A stretch of DNA of 38,809 nt from an uncultured Clostridia bacterium (GTDB taxonomy: Bacteria; Bacillota; Clostridia; Christensenellales; UBA1242), in contig CANQWP010000001.1 in NCBI GenBank assembly GCA_947627585.1, positions 1-38,809 on the forward strand, written 5' to 3'. Below, in pieces: positions 24,601-32,947 of the stretch. Every line of letters starts with the position of its first letter. Position 1 is the first letter of the stretch. A program made the translations under genes and the position numbers. Below the pieces are notes generated by a model, which was given only the letters and a program-made list of their open reading frames with translations, had not been told where the DNA came from and searched no databases.

Positions 24601-27600
24601 ATTCCGCCGGAAAGTTCAACAAGAAGTTTAGTCTCCCCGCTGTCAACAGCGACGATTGTTCTTGTGTTGGAGTTGATTTCAATCACTTTCTTTCCTGTCG
24701 AGCTGACTTCGCGGAAGGAAATTTGTGTGTTCTTGACGTCAAATGGCAGCCATTTTGAAACACCAATTGTCACGCGTTCTCCGACGTTCATGACAAGGCG
24801 ATTTCCAACGTTGAGCTCCGCATCAAGAGCCGTTCCGCCCGTGTATCGAAGGCGCATAAATGTTGTGCAGTTTCCGTCAACCGATTTGATTTGAAGCAGC
24901 ACAGAGCCGGCCTTTGTGAAATAAACTGTCCTGTTGCTTATGTAAGCAACTCCGCCCGTTTCGCCTTCGGCGGCAACCGACTGTTCAATCGAAATCTTTA
25001 TGTCTTTGTTCTCAGAATAAACCGGATAAATTTCAAAATCAAGGTCAACAACGTCGCTTGCGACAACATATTCGTCATTGAAGAAGTCAAAGTTCCCGCT
25101 GAAAACAATGTTCTCAACAAGTTGTTTGACAACAATTTCAAATTCATAGACCCTTTCTGCCGTTCTTAAAGAAACCTTTGCTTCTCCCGCAAATGTGGCG
25201 CGCAAATATTTTTCCGCTTCCACTTGAACAACGTTTCCGCCGTCCACAATTGGGGAATTGCTTGAAATTTCCAAGGTGAAATTGTCAGAAATGTCAAATG
25301 TCAAAAGGTCGCCCTTTGAAGCTTCAACTTTTCTTTGCTCCGGAAGGACGTGGACCATGTTCTTTTCAATCTTTTCAACAAAGAATTCAAGTCTCACGTT
25401 TTCGTCCGCTTCGGAAATTGCCGTGATGTGCGCAATTCCGTTTTGTTTGAATGTCAAAGTCGAGCCTTCAACAAAAGCAATGTCGGATTCTTTGACAACA
25501 TATCTCACATTTTTGTTTGTGGCATCATATGGCAAAACTTCGCTTGTCAAATTGACAACGTTTGTCGTCACTTGTGTGTCCGCTTGTCTTACAGAAATGC
25601 TCTCCGGCTTTCTTTCAACAGAAATGGCAAAATTCAATCTTATTGAATTGGAAACATACACAACAAGTGTGGCCGTTCCGCCTGCAACGCCTTTGACAAC
25701 GTTTCCGTCAATTTCCAAAACTTTTCCAAGTGGGTCGGCAGTCCTTTGATTTGTCACTTGAATTGAAATCGGCGGCAAAACTTCATATTGCGGAATGGTT
25801 TTTGAGATTTCAATTTCAAAACTCTCGCCGGCTTCAATCTTTTCCGGAATGTTGCCTTTTTGTCCATCAAAAAGCGCTTGCACCTCTGCGTAAACAGGGT
25901 TTAAGCCGGCATAATAAATCTCAACAGAATTTGACACCTGCCCAACTGTCGCGGTGAGCGTGACAAAGCCAACCTGATTGAAAATCAATGTGTTTTTGCC
26001 CGCCAAAATTGCAATGTTTTTGTCACTGATTGACCAAACTATCTCTGTTTCTGTGGCATCGTCCGGAACAACTTTTCCAGAAAAAGTCACTTCGTTTTGC
26101 GACGTGATATATTGATCTTTATAAACTTCCAAATCGGTGAAAATTTGAATATCGCTCGGATTTCGAAGGACAGTGACGTCACAAAAATCTTCCACCATGC
26201 TGCCGTCAAAAAGTTCAAACTGTGCCTTGACTTTTGCCGTTCCGCCTCCCAAAGCATGAATTCTGCCATCTTCCAGGATCTCAATCACGTTTGAGCCTTC
26301 GACGATTGGATTGCTCTGTTCAATTGTGACAAACAAGTTTCTTATTGTTGCGTTTGTCGGCAAAACTTCATAATTTAAAGATGCCGTGTCGCCATATGTG
26401 AGTGTAAGTTTTTTGTCAAGCAAGTTGAATTTCCCCGCCCCTCCGGCAGTGTAGGTCACCTTCACGTCTTTTGAAACTTCGCTCAAATCGCCGTTTGCAT
26501 AAATTGTCACAGTGACAGTGCAAGGCTCGTCACATTTGAAAGAGACAACCCCGCTTGGCGAAACTTCTGCTTTTGACAAGTCTTCTTCGTGGAGGTGATA
26601 GAAATATTCAACGTTGAGCCCATCCGATTGTGGATTGAGTCGCGTTTCTTTTTCTGCGACCATGACGTCGTCAATGAAAATTTCGGTCGCTGGACACTCA
26701 ACGTTCACAAGAACTGTTTGTTCAAGAATTTGCCCGTCGCTTTTTTCCACCTTGACTCTCACAACGGTGTTTCCGGCTTTGAGCGCATGAATATAGCCGT
26801 TTGAGTCGACATATGCAACGCTCTCTTCGTCCGACGAGAACTCTACGTGCGTATTGTAAAGATGTTCTGGCAAAGTTGAATATTCAATATAGACAGGCTC
26901 AGAGTCAACTTGCATTGTCACGGAGTGTGTCTCCAAGACCAAGTCATATGCATAGCCGTCAGTGAAAATGTAGTGCACTTTCTGTGAAAAGTTGCCGTCC
27001 TCGGTTGTCAAAGTCACATTCACTTCCCCGGCTTTCAAAAACGTGATTGTTCCGTCATTGCTGACTTGCGCCACTTCTGGATTATCCACTTCAAACAAAA
27101 CACTTTTGTTTGATGCGTCAGACGGTTCAATCAAAAATTCAACTTTCTCCGTTTTTGACGATGTGACAATTTCGGACTTTTCTACAACAATTCCTTTGAC
27201 AGGATTGACCACTGACAAATCTACAGAGTTTTTGAACCCGCCGTCTTCCGATGTTGCCATGATTGTCACTTTTCCTTCCTGAAGGCCATGAACCAAACCA
27301 TTTGTGTCAACAGTTGCAATCTGTTCGTTGTTTGAGGTGAAAGTCACCTCTTTGTTGATTGCCTCATTTGGCGAAATTTCTACATTAAGTTGCAGCGTCC
27401 CGCCAATGTGGACATAGTTTTGTGGGGCACTGAGCTTTGTGTCCCAAACATAGAAAGAGCATTGGGCTTGTCTGTTTCCATCTTTTGTTGTTGCAATGAT
27501 GTATCCCGTGCCAATTCCGACAAATTCAACATGCCCATCCATGTCAACAGTTGCAGCCTGCTCATTGCTGCTGCTCCAAAGCACCTCTTTGTTTGTGGCC

Positions 27601-27788
27601 ATTTCAGGAAAAATGTAATATTCCATATCCATGCTTTCGCCAACTTTTGCTGAAGTTGCCGCCGGCGTCAAATTTATGTACTCAACAGAAATAAAAACAT
27701 CTCCCACAGCGACACTCGCCGTGAGCTTTACGATCAAAATCACCAAAATCGGAATTGCAACCATCAAAAACATCATCAGTTTCTTCAT
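21627..27788 (-). CDS. giant N-anchored protein: ~19 Ig-like (Big_2-type) repeats plus a C-terminal parallel beta-helix-like domain (2053 aa)
   Basis: I trim the track ORF (27884) to ATG 27788, which lies 1 nt after the permease TGA and follows a GAGGTG RBS. The N-terminal TM is MKKLMMFLMVAIPILVILIV. The repeated motif ...ATVD-x-xG-x-V-x-x-x-x-xG-x-x-x-I-x-AT... is typical of Big_2, and I count about 19 repeats by hand. The last ~450 aa (...NIYGNGKMLD...NIVLDNVVLRGVSF...NCSNVLLYNSIFENA...IEGCIFRNC...) have the periodicity of right-handed beta-helix (PbH1) repeats. Confidence 0.85.
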   Translation of the reverse strand: MKKLMMFLMVAIPILVILIVKLTASVAVGDVFISVEYINLTPAATSAKVGESMDMEYYIFPEMATNKEVLWSSSNEQAATVDMDGHVEFVGIGTGYIIATTKDGNRQAQCSFYVWDTKLSAPQNYVHIGGTLQLNVEISPNEAINKEVTFTSNNEQIATVDTNGLVHGLQEGKVTIMATSEDGGFKNSVDLSVVNPVKGIVVEKSEIVTSSKTEKVEFLIEPSDASNKSVLFEVDNPEVAQVSNDGTITFLKAGEVNVTLTTEDGNFSQKVHYIFTDGYAYDLVLETHSVTMQVDSEPVYIEYSTLPEHLYNTHVEFSSDEESVAYVDSNGYIHALKAGNTVVRVKVEKSDGQILEQTVLVNVECPATEIFIDDVMVAEKETRLNPQSDGLNVEYFYHLHEEDLSKAEVSPSGVVSFKCDEPCTVTVTIYANGDLSEVSKDVKVTYTAGGAGKFNLLDKKLTLTYGDTASLNYEVLPTNATIRNLFVTIEQSNPIVEGSNVIEILEDGRIHALGGGTAKVKAQFELFDGSMVEDFCDVTVLRNPSDIQIFTDLEVYKDQYITSQNEVTFSGKVVPDDATETEIVWSISDKNIAILAGKNTLIFNQVGFVTLTATVGQVSNSVEIYYAGLNPVYAEVQALFDGQKGNIPEKIEAGESFEIEISKTIPQYEVLPPISIQVTNQRTADPLGKVLEIDGNVVKGVAGGTATLVVYVSNSIRLNFAISVERKPESISVRQADTQVTTNVVNLTSEVLPYDATNKNVRYVVKESDIAFVEGSTLTFKQNGIAHITAISEADENVRLEFFVEKIEKNMVHVLPEQRKVEASKGDLLTFDISDNFTLEISSNSPIVDGGNVVQVEAEKYLRATFAGEAKVSLRTAERVYEFEIVVKQLVENIVFSGNFDFFNDEYVVASDVVDLDFEIYPVYSENKDIKISIEQSVAAEGETGGVAYISNRTVYFTKAGSVLLQIKSVDGNCTTFMRLRYTGGTALDAELNVGNRLVMNVGERVTIGVSKWLPFDVKNTQISFREVSSTGKKVIEINSNTRTIVAVDSGETKLLVELSGGIVKEVEIICVNKVSDIQVEENVLTASDTYTIEAVAVPKNATNNILEFILQNTDIAQISGNILHFIKPGTATVFVRTTDGSGIEKVVRVTSTMGYLGRIELNSQELSLTKGDIFKLFADKYPTDAKENSVQFKILSQTAYDGSSQVINLSADGQITALCSGEAIVRAFAFDFNGNEVFADCKVSVYSPLDSVDVKFGQKLDTYQNSSTFITSRTELTFEIVYQPNDAKVKDYAYEVSAPNIARIEGNTIKFLQKGRVSITFKCKDTSNLEKSKTYSFFYVGNELFEAQLDTSEIQNNTIRLNAGESFEFKLKKALPSDIENVEFSISNTSESRNDSQKPVANFENGMIYALNGGTYSFTLYANGFKLENLTLIVLRNATAIELDGDSEVFVSDPHYTILANVRESDSHQNSLHFESRNEGVATVSQTGNVTFSRFGECEIVVSVADNPSVFVVVKIVYTKDLQAIKFNQTRENMYAGEHVDLMIFGVPIDAEDFEFTMSLGKDEAAFADLIKMGEGYRLIGKASGKVNVTAKVVGKDISVTKEFNIFDKITDIKLELDNSGDNDGLGGYRVFGNSFFDEKNTIVKTFAMNVALRPDGVSKDLLEWKSSDEGIATVDQNGVVTFVGTGRVVISVQQKSPYDGAVVVGDSYEFVVVEGVNVNTYDQFKLANQELTKLNAQRKDSFAAMVLHNNIAIEKEFAIVEINYNIYGNGKMLDHSQIGNSWIHFLIKRDNIVLDNVVLRGVSFTSGAELKDSGNTLTVQNCSNVLLYNSIFENAATSMQVLSASVDIEGCIFRNCLLYGIKVERSEQVVCHIKVKDSIFTSGFCGIFFKLVLFQNEEDSVVTLEGEVRFYNWSTLEQIQQGVDLETVLRDAGVSFVSDEVLKQVREIVLRQGTNYAYTQNGKTYYNCGIFKLKADIPGLNYKSHGRIEKSKLNPNCAYSNWDIVGAVNLGIVVPVECSILSISAAKPFILPGQSYVDDGSLRTIKRPCRF

Positions 27789-27789
27789 G

Positions 27790-29103
27790 TCACACCTCGA
27801 TTCCGCTGTAGCGCTTTTCCAAACGGAAGAACAGCTTGAATGTTTCAATTGATGCAAACGGCACTCCAAAAGCAAACAAAACAATATACATTGCCGGGAG
27901 GCTTACGAAAAATGAGAGAACAATTCCGCCAATGCCCATCAAGAACGAAATTCCAAAACCAATTCCAATTGATGTGGAAACGTTTTTGTTGTTTGCGGAG
28001 ACCTCTCCATTTTCAAGATATTGAAATTGCGGACGTTTTATGTCCATAACAATGGAGTGGCAAATGTTTCCGGTGATGACAAACGAAAGAGAAATGGCAA
28101 TCAGTGTTGCGGCGACATAGTCAATGAATTGTGCAAACGCCAAAACGAAGCACGAAACAAAAATTGCCGGAACTGAAATGAGAAGATAGATCACAAACTT
28201 GACAAAAATTTGTTTGGTGAAGCTCACCGGAATGATTTTTGTCAAAAAGAAATTTCCCCCTTCTCTTGTCACCGAAGTGGCAGAAAAAGATGTCCCCATG
28301 CTCAAAAACATGATCAAAACCAAAACAACAATGCCCGGCAAAACGCCCTTGCCCAAAATTGGCGTGCCGACGCTTGAAGCAATTTCACTTGAAAAATAGA
28401 CCATCAGCGGCGTTGTGAACACAATTGTCAAATATTGAAAAGCATAGTTCGTTGAACGGAAGATGTTTTTAAATTCTTTTGACATAAGTGCCGCTGTGTT
28501 GCTTTGATGCACCGTTTTTGTTTTTTTCTTGAAGATTTTTTCGTTTTTGCTTGAAATGATCAGACTGAAATAGAATTTTTCTGCAAAAATGTAAATAAAT
28601 GCGCACAAAAAGCCGATTATTGCCAAATTTATCACTGCGCTTTTCCAAAAATTGTAAAGAAGCAAAGAATTCTTGAAAAGAATTGGAAGATATAAATATG
28701 AAGAAAACTGTTTTATTGCAAAAATTGTTGAACTGTCAAACACGTTTGCAAAGTTTCCGCTTTCCAAAATTCCAAGAATAAATTTCAAGGCATATATGTA
28801 AAAAGTGAAGCCGGCAATGAGAACGAGCGTATAGAAAAGCAACAAAATGAGGAATTTGTTTTTGAACGCTTTGATGATCCACATCACCGGAACCGACAAA
28901 ATGATGGAAAGCAAAAACGGGATCACCGGCAAAAAGAAAACGTTTGGAAGAAGCATCAAGAAAAAGCCCACCCCTTGGGCCGTCTTTATGCCAAACAAAA
29001 TGAATGTCGGCAAAGAGATGATGAGCGAAAACACAAATTGTTTCAAATATAAATACAAAAATTTTGCCGAAAACACATCAAACCCGCCGACCGGGAGTTT
29101 CAA
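27790..29103 (-). CDS. polytopic ABC permease, C-terminal 437-aa part of a split gene
   Basis: It starts with TTG 29103-29101, which overlaps the TGA of the 95-aa ORF (TTGA). It is multi-TM throughout and collinear with residues ~100-533 of the intact paralogue 36127-37728. Both end in ...IEV-stop. Confidence 0.8.
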   Translation of the reverse strand: MKLPVGGFDVFSAKFLYLYLKQFVFSLIISLPTFILFGIKTAQGVGFFLMLLPNVFFLPVIPFLLSIILSVPVMWIIKAFKNKFLILLLFYTLVLIAGFTFYIYALKFILGILESGNFANVFDSSTIFAIKQFSSYLYLPILFKNSLLLYNFWKSAVINLAIIGFLCAFIYIFAEKFYFSLIISSKNEKIFKKKTKTVHQSNTAALMSKEFKNIFRSTNYAFQYLTIVFTTPLMVYFSSEIASSVGTPILGKGVLPGIVVLVLIMFLSMGTSFSATSVTREGGNFFLTKIIPVSFTKQIFVKFVIYLLISVPAIFVSCFVLAFAQFIDYVAATLIAISLSFVITGNICHSIVMDIKRPQFQYLENGEVSANNKNVSTSIGIGFGISFLMGIGGIVLSFFVSLPAMYIVLFAFGVPFASIETFKLFFRLEKRYSGIEV

Positions 29104-29387
29104 AGATCCACTTTGAGAAAGAATGTCTTTGTTGCCATCGTCACGCCCGTGACAAGATGCACAATCATCATGAAAAGCGAAAAGATTATGACAAACTCAT
29201 GTTCCATGCTTGCGCTTATGAAAACATCCATGATGGTGTTGATGGCATAGAGGAAGAAAACAACAAGGCAGCCGGCCCCGACAAATGTGACAAGTGCTTT
29301 TCTGATGCGAGAAAAAATTCCGTCGTCTTTGAATCGCAACGAGTTTGCCATGAATTCAAACTTGAAAAGCGCTTTGAATTTGTTCAA
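29100..29387 (-). CDS. N-terminal 95-aa part of the split ABC permease
   Basis: TTG at 29387 lies 7 nt after an AGGAG RBS. It has two TM helices and is collinear with the first ~100 aa of the intact paralogue. It stops at TGA 29102-29100, one frame away from the continuing ORF. Confidence 0.65.
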   Translation of the reverse strand: MNKFKALFKFEFMANSLRFKDDGIFSRIRKALVTFVGAGCLVVFFLYAINTIMDVFISASMEHEFVIIFSLFMMIVHLVTGVTMATKTFFLKVDL

Positions 29388-29410
29388 ATTTTTCTCCTTT
29401 TTTATGATTT

Positions 29411-30127
29411 TCAGTCTTTTGTCAAATCTAGGAAATATTTTTCAAGAGATTTTCCGGTTTTTGCAAACTTCTTCAAATCAATCACTTCAAGAAGTTGCCC
29501 TTCGCGCATGATTCCAACGCGATCGCAAAGTTTTTCGACCAAGTCGATGTTGTGCGAGGAAAAGAAAACTGTGTTTCCAAGCCTTCGGTGCTCCACCATA
29601 TAGTCCTTGATTTCCGCCATGCTTTGCGGGTCAAGACCCATGAGCGGCTCGTCAAGCACCCAAAACTTTGGATTATGAATGAGCGCCGCAATGATGCAAA
29701 TTTTTTGTTTCATTCCGTGAGAATATGAGCGAATTTGCTTGTCCAAAAACTTTGTCATGGAAAAAAGCTTTGCAAATGTGTCAATTCTTTTTGCCAAAGT
29801 TTCCTTTTCAACGCCATAGACGTTTCCCATAAATGTGGCATATTCTCGCCCGGTCAAATTGTCATACACTGCGTGGTCGTCCGGAACGTAGCCGATGTTC
29901 ATTTTTGCACCGATTGGGTCTTTTTTGATATCGTGACCACAAATGCAAATTTCGCCGCTTTCAAAAGGAATAATTCCGGTCAAACATTTGATTGTCGTGC
30001 TTTTTCCTGCGCCATTTTTGCCCAAAAAGCCAAAAATTTCGCCATCATTAAGCGTCAAATTCAAGTTTTTGACCGAATATTTGTCACTGCTTTTATATTT
30101 TTTGCTAAGATTTTTTATCGTCAACAT
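29411..30127 (-). CDS. ABC transporter ATP-binding protein (238 aa), module 2
   Basis: I trim the track ORF to ATG 30127 (MLTIKNLSKKY, the same N-terminus as the paralogue MLKVKNLSKKY). Walker A is GKNGAGKST, the signature variant is YSHGMKQK and Walker B is FWVLDEP. Confidence 0.9.
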   Translation of the reverse strand: MLTIKNLSKKYKSSDKYSVKNLNLTLNDGEIFGFLGKNGAGKSTTIKCLTGIIPFESGEICICGHDIKKDPIGAKMNIGYVPDDHAVYDNLTGREYATFMGNVYGVEKETLAKRIDTFAKLFSMTKFLDKQIRSYSHGMKQKICIIAALIHNPKFWVLDEPLMGLDPQSMAEIKDYMVEHRRLGNTVFFSSHNIDLVEKLCDRVGIMREGQLLEVIDLKKFAKTGKSLEKYFLDLTKD

Positions 30128-30163
30128 AACATTTCCTTTGAAAACCACATGCGGCCCACTCAT

Positions 30164-30192
30164 ATTATATCACGGTGACGTCAGTTTGTCAA
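30164..30192 (-). promoter_or_regulatory. perfect consensus promoter of ABC/Big_2 module 2
   Basis: The minus strand reads TTGACA(30192-30187), a 17-nt spacer, then TGA-TATAAT(30169-30164), 36 nt before the ATG at 30127. Confidence 0.8.
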
Positions 30193-30420
30193 TACTTCTT
30201 TTTAAACAAATTTCTTCCACATTTTCGGCCGTTTTTGCGTATTTTCCTCATTTTTTTTGCTTGATTTTGTTTCTTGTTTTATTTTCGGTGTTTTGCATGC
30301 ATATTTCTGATAATAAAAAAAGAAAAAACGACAAATTTGCCGTTTTTTTTGCTTTTTTTTGATTTAATCAAAGTTTTTCTCGTTTTGAAAAAGTGTTGTT
30401 TGCTACATCTTAAAAACTTA

Positions 30421-31293
30421 TTATTCTCCCGTTTCAATGCGTTTTTGATTTCTTTCAAAATATTTTTCATATGATTTTTTGCAATATTTTTGATGTGTTT
30501 GTTCTTCTTTTTCGTCAAAATGGTCAAAATCATATGCGCCATTGACTTTCCACTTGTCAAAAAGGCCGATCTTGATGGCATTTGCTGGACAGTTGAACGA
30601 GCAGCGCATGCACATCAAGCAGTCTTTTCCAAATTTGAACTCTCCGTTTTCGATAGCGATGTTGTGTGCTGGGCATTTTTTGATGCAAAGTCCGCATTTC
30701 AGGCACTTGTCGCTGACCTTGTATCGCCTTCCGTTAAATTTCCCTCCCCAGTGCTCAACCCTGAAAATCCAAGCAAGAAATCTCCCGCAAGGCACATATC
30801 CCAGCCTTGATTTTTCTCCATCAACAATTTGTTTGCAATCAAGCGGAATGACTTTTTGTGCCGTCTCCCACATTTTGTGCGCCATGTTATCCGTGTGGCG
30901 AAAGATTATGTTATATGGCATGCAATAGTGATATTCATTTGTCAGTTTAAATCCGCGTTTTCTCAACATTGAGTTGAGCTTCAAAGACGAGATGTTGTTC
31001 AGTTTGAGTGGCTCGCCAGATGTATTGACAACAAAATACGCTTTTTTCTGCTTTTTTGGCAGTTTTTTGATTGTTTTTGCAAATTCCAAAACATTGGCTG
31101 GCGCATTGAAAGCGTGAACGGGATAAGCAATTCCAAAAAGGTCGAATTTTGAAATTTCTCCGTCAAATGGGCCGTCATCAATGTTGTGCAAAACCACTTC
31201 AAAGCCTTGTCCTTGAAAGGTTTTTGAAAATTGTTCCACAACTTTTTTTGTGTTGCCTGTGCCAGAAAAGAAGCAAATTAAAACTGATTTCAT
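30421..31293 (-). CDS. EFR1-family ferredoxin: flavodoxin-like domain plus 2x[4Fe-4S] (290 aa)
   Basis: ATG at 31293 overlaps the upstream TGA (ATGA). The N-terminus MKSVLICFFSGTGNTKKV is flavodoxin-like. CLKCGLCIKKCP and CLMCMRCSFNCP are ferredoxin cluster motifs. Confidence 0.85.
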   Translation of the reverse strand: MKSVLICFFSGTGNTKKVVEQFSKTFQGQGFEVVLHNIDDGPFDGEISKFDLFGIAYPVHAFNAPANVLEFAKTIKKLPKKQKKAYFVVNTSGEPLKLNNISSLKLNSMLRKRGFKLTNEYHYCMPYNIIFRHTDNMAHKMWETAQKVIPLDCKQIVDGEKSRLGYVPCGRFLAWIFRVEHWGGKFNGRRYKVSDKCLKCGLCIKKCPAHNIAIENGEFKFGKDCLMCMRCSFNCPANAIKIGLFDKWKVNGAYDFDHFDEKEEQTHQKYCKKSYEKYFERNQKRIETGE

Positions 31294-32828
31294 ATGTTCT
31301 CCATTTTTGCCACAAAATCTTTGTCAAAAGAATATGTTTTGTTTTCGTCTTGTCCGTGAGAGTCAAACCAAATTTGCGCATAAATTTTGTCTTTCTTTGC
31401 AAGACGGTCAAAATCCCAAACATTTTCTGCATAACTTCTGTTGAACCAATGACCCGCTTTGACAACTGTGAATGGCCTTGCCTCAAAATTTTGCCCGTCA
31501 GAATTCTGCCAAACAAGTTTTTCATATGGCGAGCTGCAATGCGTTGAAATCAGTTTGCCACCGTGCATTTTGGCATATTTTTGCAAGTCCTTTATGCTAA
31601 ACTTTTCGCTTTCAATGTCAATTCCAAAGTCCACAAGTTTTGCGCTGTTTTTGTCTTTCAGTTTTTCATAATCCAAAGGTTTTGAAAATTCGTCCTTGTT
31701 TTCCACAAAAAGCCCAAAATCTCCCCAGTTTTTTGAAATTTTTGCAAATTTTTCGCTTCCACCAAAATAGGCAGAAAGCTTTGCTTCGTCTTGATGTTTT
31801 GCCCAATATTTTGGGGAATTTGGACTTTTAAACAGCCGCTCTATTGCAAATTTTTTTATCAGCTTCTTTGGCACAAGTTTTCCAAGCTTGAAATAGGAAT
31901 TTGCTTTGCCAAGTTCCTTCCAAAAATCTTCCGTCGTCTGCAACTGATAATGAAACATGTCTTCAAGTTTGTCGCCGTCAAAGAACCACATTCCGTGGAA
32001 GTTGCGGGTGGCGTTGAAATTTGGCTCAAAAAAGTCTTTTGTGCTTCCGCCAATCAGTTTGAAGCCCTCGTTCAGTGTATCATAGCCTGTTATGCAGTTT
32101 TTAAGCCCGCCGCCAATGTTGAACACTCTTTTCCAAAATTTTTTGCTCAAATCCTCTTTCAAGTCTTTGCGAATGATGTTTGCAACAAGCACACCAGAAT
32201 CGTGTGCCGTCACCCATTCAAGCGGAGCATTGAAACAAGTGTGAAACATCAGCCCGTCGCTCATGTTGTCGGCAAGCATTCGGCTGTGAAGCATTGCTGT
32301 TTGGCGAAGGACGACAAAATTCTCTATGTCTGATTCCAAAACGCGTAACTCTCCGCGAAGTTTTGTGACGGCATAGATGTCAAAAGCACTGACAAGCAGC
32401 GGATCGCCCACTCTTCCCCAAGGGTGAAGTGAATTTCTGTTGCCATAAAGGGCCATTGTTGAAATATGTATCAGTTTTGGCTGTTTTTTCATCTTTTCAA
32501 TGACGCTGACCAGTGTGTCAACCCCAACTTGATTGCATTCAATGGCTTTTTCTGGCTGTTGATCGGAATGTGGAGGGATGACCGCCGCCATGTTGACAAC
32601 ATAATCGGCATCTTTCACAAGTTTTTCGCAAGCCGCTTTTTCAGCAAGGTTTCCAAAAACAATTTCAAATTTTTGTTTGTCCTTTTTGTGTTTTTTCAAA
32701 AGTTTTTTGATGCGCTTGTCGTCTGGAAGCACAAGCAGCCTCAATTTGTCAATTTCGTCAATTTTCAAAAGTTGTCCCACGGTGGCTTGCCCCATGTTTC
32801 CTGTTGCGCCTGTCAATGCAATAATCAT
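31290..32828 (-). CDS. NAD(P)-dependent epimerase/dehydratase-family (extended SDR) protein with ~180-aa C-terminal extension (512 aa)
   Basis: I trim the track ORF to ATG 32828, which follows a GAGGAG RBS. The Rossmann motif is MIIALTGATGNMGQ and the catalytic motif is YAVTK (YxxxK). I cannot assign the C-terminal third (...KMHGGKLISTHCSSPYEKLVWQNSDGQNFEARPFTVVKAGHWF...). Confidence 0.8.
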   Translation of the reverse strand: MIIALTGATGNMGQATVGQLLKIDEIDKLRLLVLPDDKRIKKLLKKHKKDKQKFEIVFGNLAEKAACEKLVKDADYVVNMAAVIPPHSDQQPEKAIECNQVGVDTLVSVIEKMKKQPKLIHISTMALYGNRNSLHPWGRVGDPLLVSAFDIYAVTKLRGELRVLESDIENFVVLRQTAMLHSRMLADNMSDGLMFHTCFNAPLEWVTAHDSGVLVANIIRKDLKEDLSKKFWKRVFNIGGGLKNCITGYDTLNEGFKLIGGSTKDFFEPNFNATRNFHGMWFFDGDKLEDMFHYQLQTTEDFWKELGKANSYFKLGKLVPKKLIKKFAIERLFKSPNSPKYWAKHQDEAKLSAYFGGSEKFAKISKNWGDFGLFVENKDEFSKPLDYEKLKDKNSAKLVDFGIDIESEKFSIKDLQKYAKMHGGKLISTHCSSPYEKLVWQNSDGQNFEARPFTVVKAGHWFNRSYAENVWDFDRLAKKDKIYAQIWFDSHGQDENKTYSFDKDFVAKMENI

Positions 32829-32847
32829 CTTTCGCTCCTCGAGCAAT

Positions 32848-32856
32848 ATTTTATCA
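32848..32856 (-). promoter_or_regulatory. extended -10 element upstream of the SDR/EFR1 pair
   Basis: The minus strand reads TGA-TAAAAT, 19 nt before the ATG at 32828. It is the same TGTGATAAAAT string as at 13912-13920. The -35 is poor. Confidence 0.4.
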
Positions 32857-32885
32857 CATTTCGACAAGTCAAAGCAAACAGATCA

Positions 32886-32909
32886 AAAGAAAAAACGCAC
32901 TTGCGTGCA
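32886..32909 (-). terminator. weak terminator candidate after the 1058-aa gene
   Basis: The minus strand reads TGCAC-GCAA-GTGCG followed by TTTTTTCTTTT. The stem is only 4-5 bp. Confidence 0.35.
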
Positions 32910-32947
32910 TTTTAACAAATTTTCTTTTGGTGCAAGATTTTTTAGTT

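Noticed and set aside
30279-30581. Minus-strand 100-aa Lys-rich ORF downstream of the EFR1 gene.
   Set aside because: It is in an alternative frame over the EFR1 3' end plus an A-rich intergenic region. It has no RBS and its composition comes from poly-A/T DNA.
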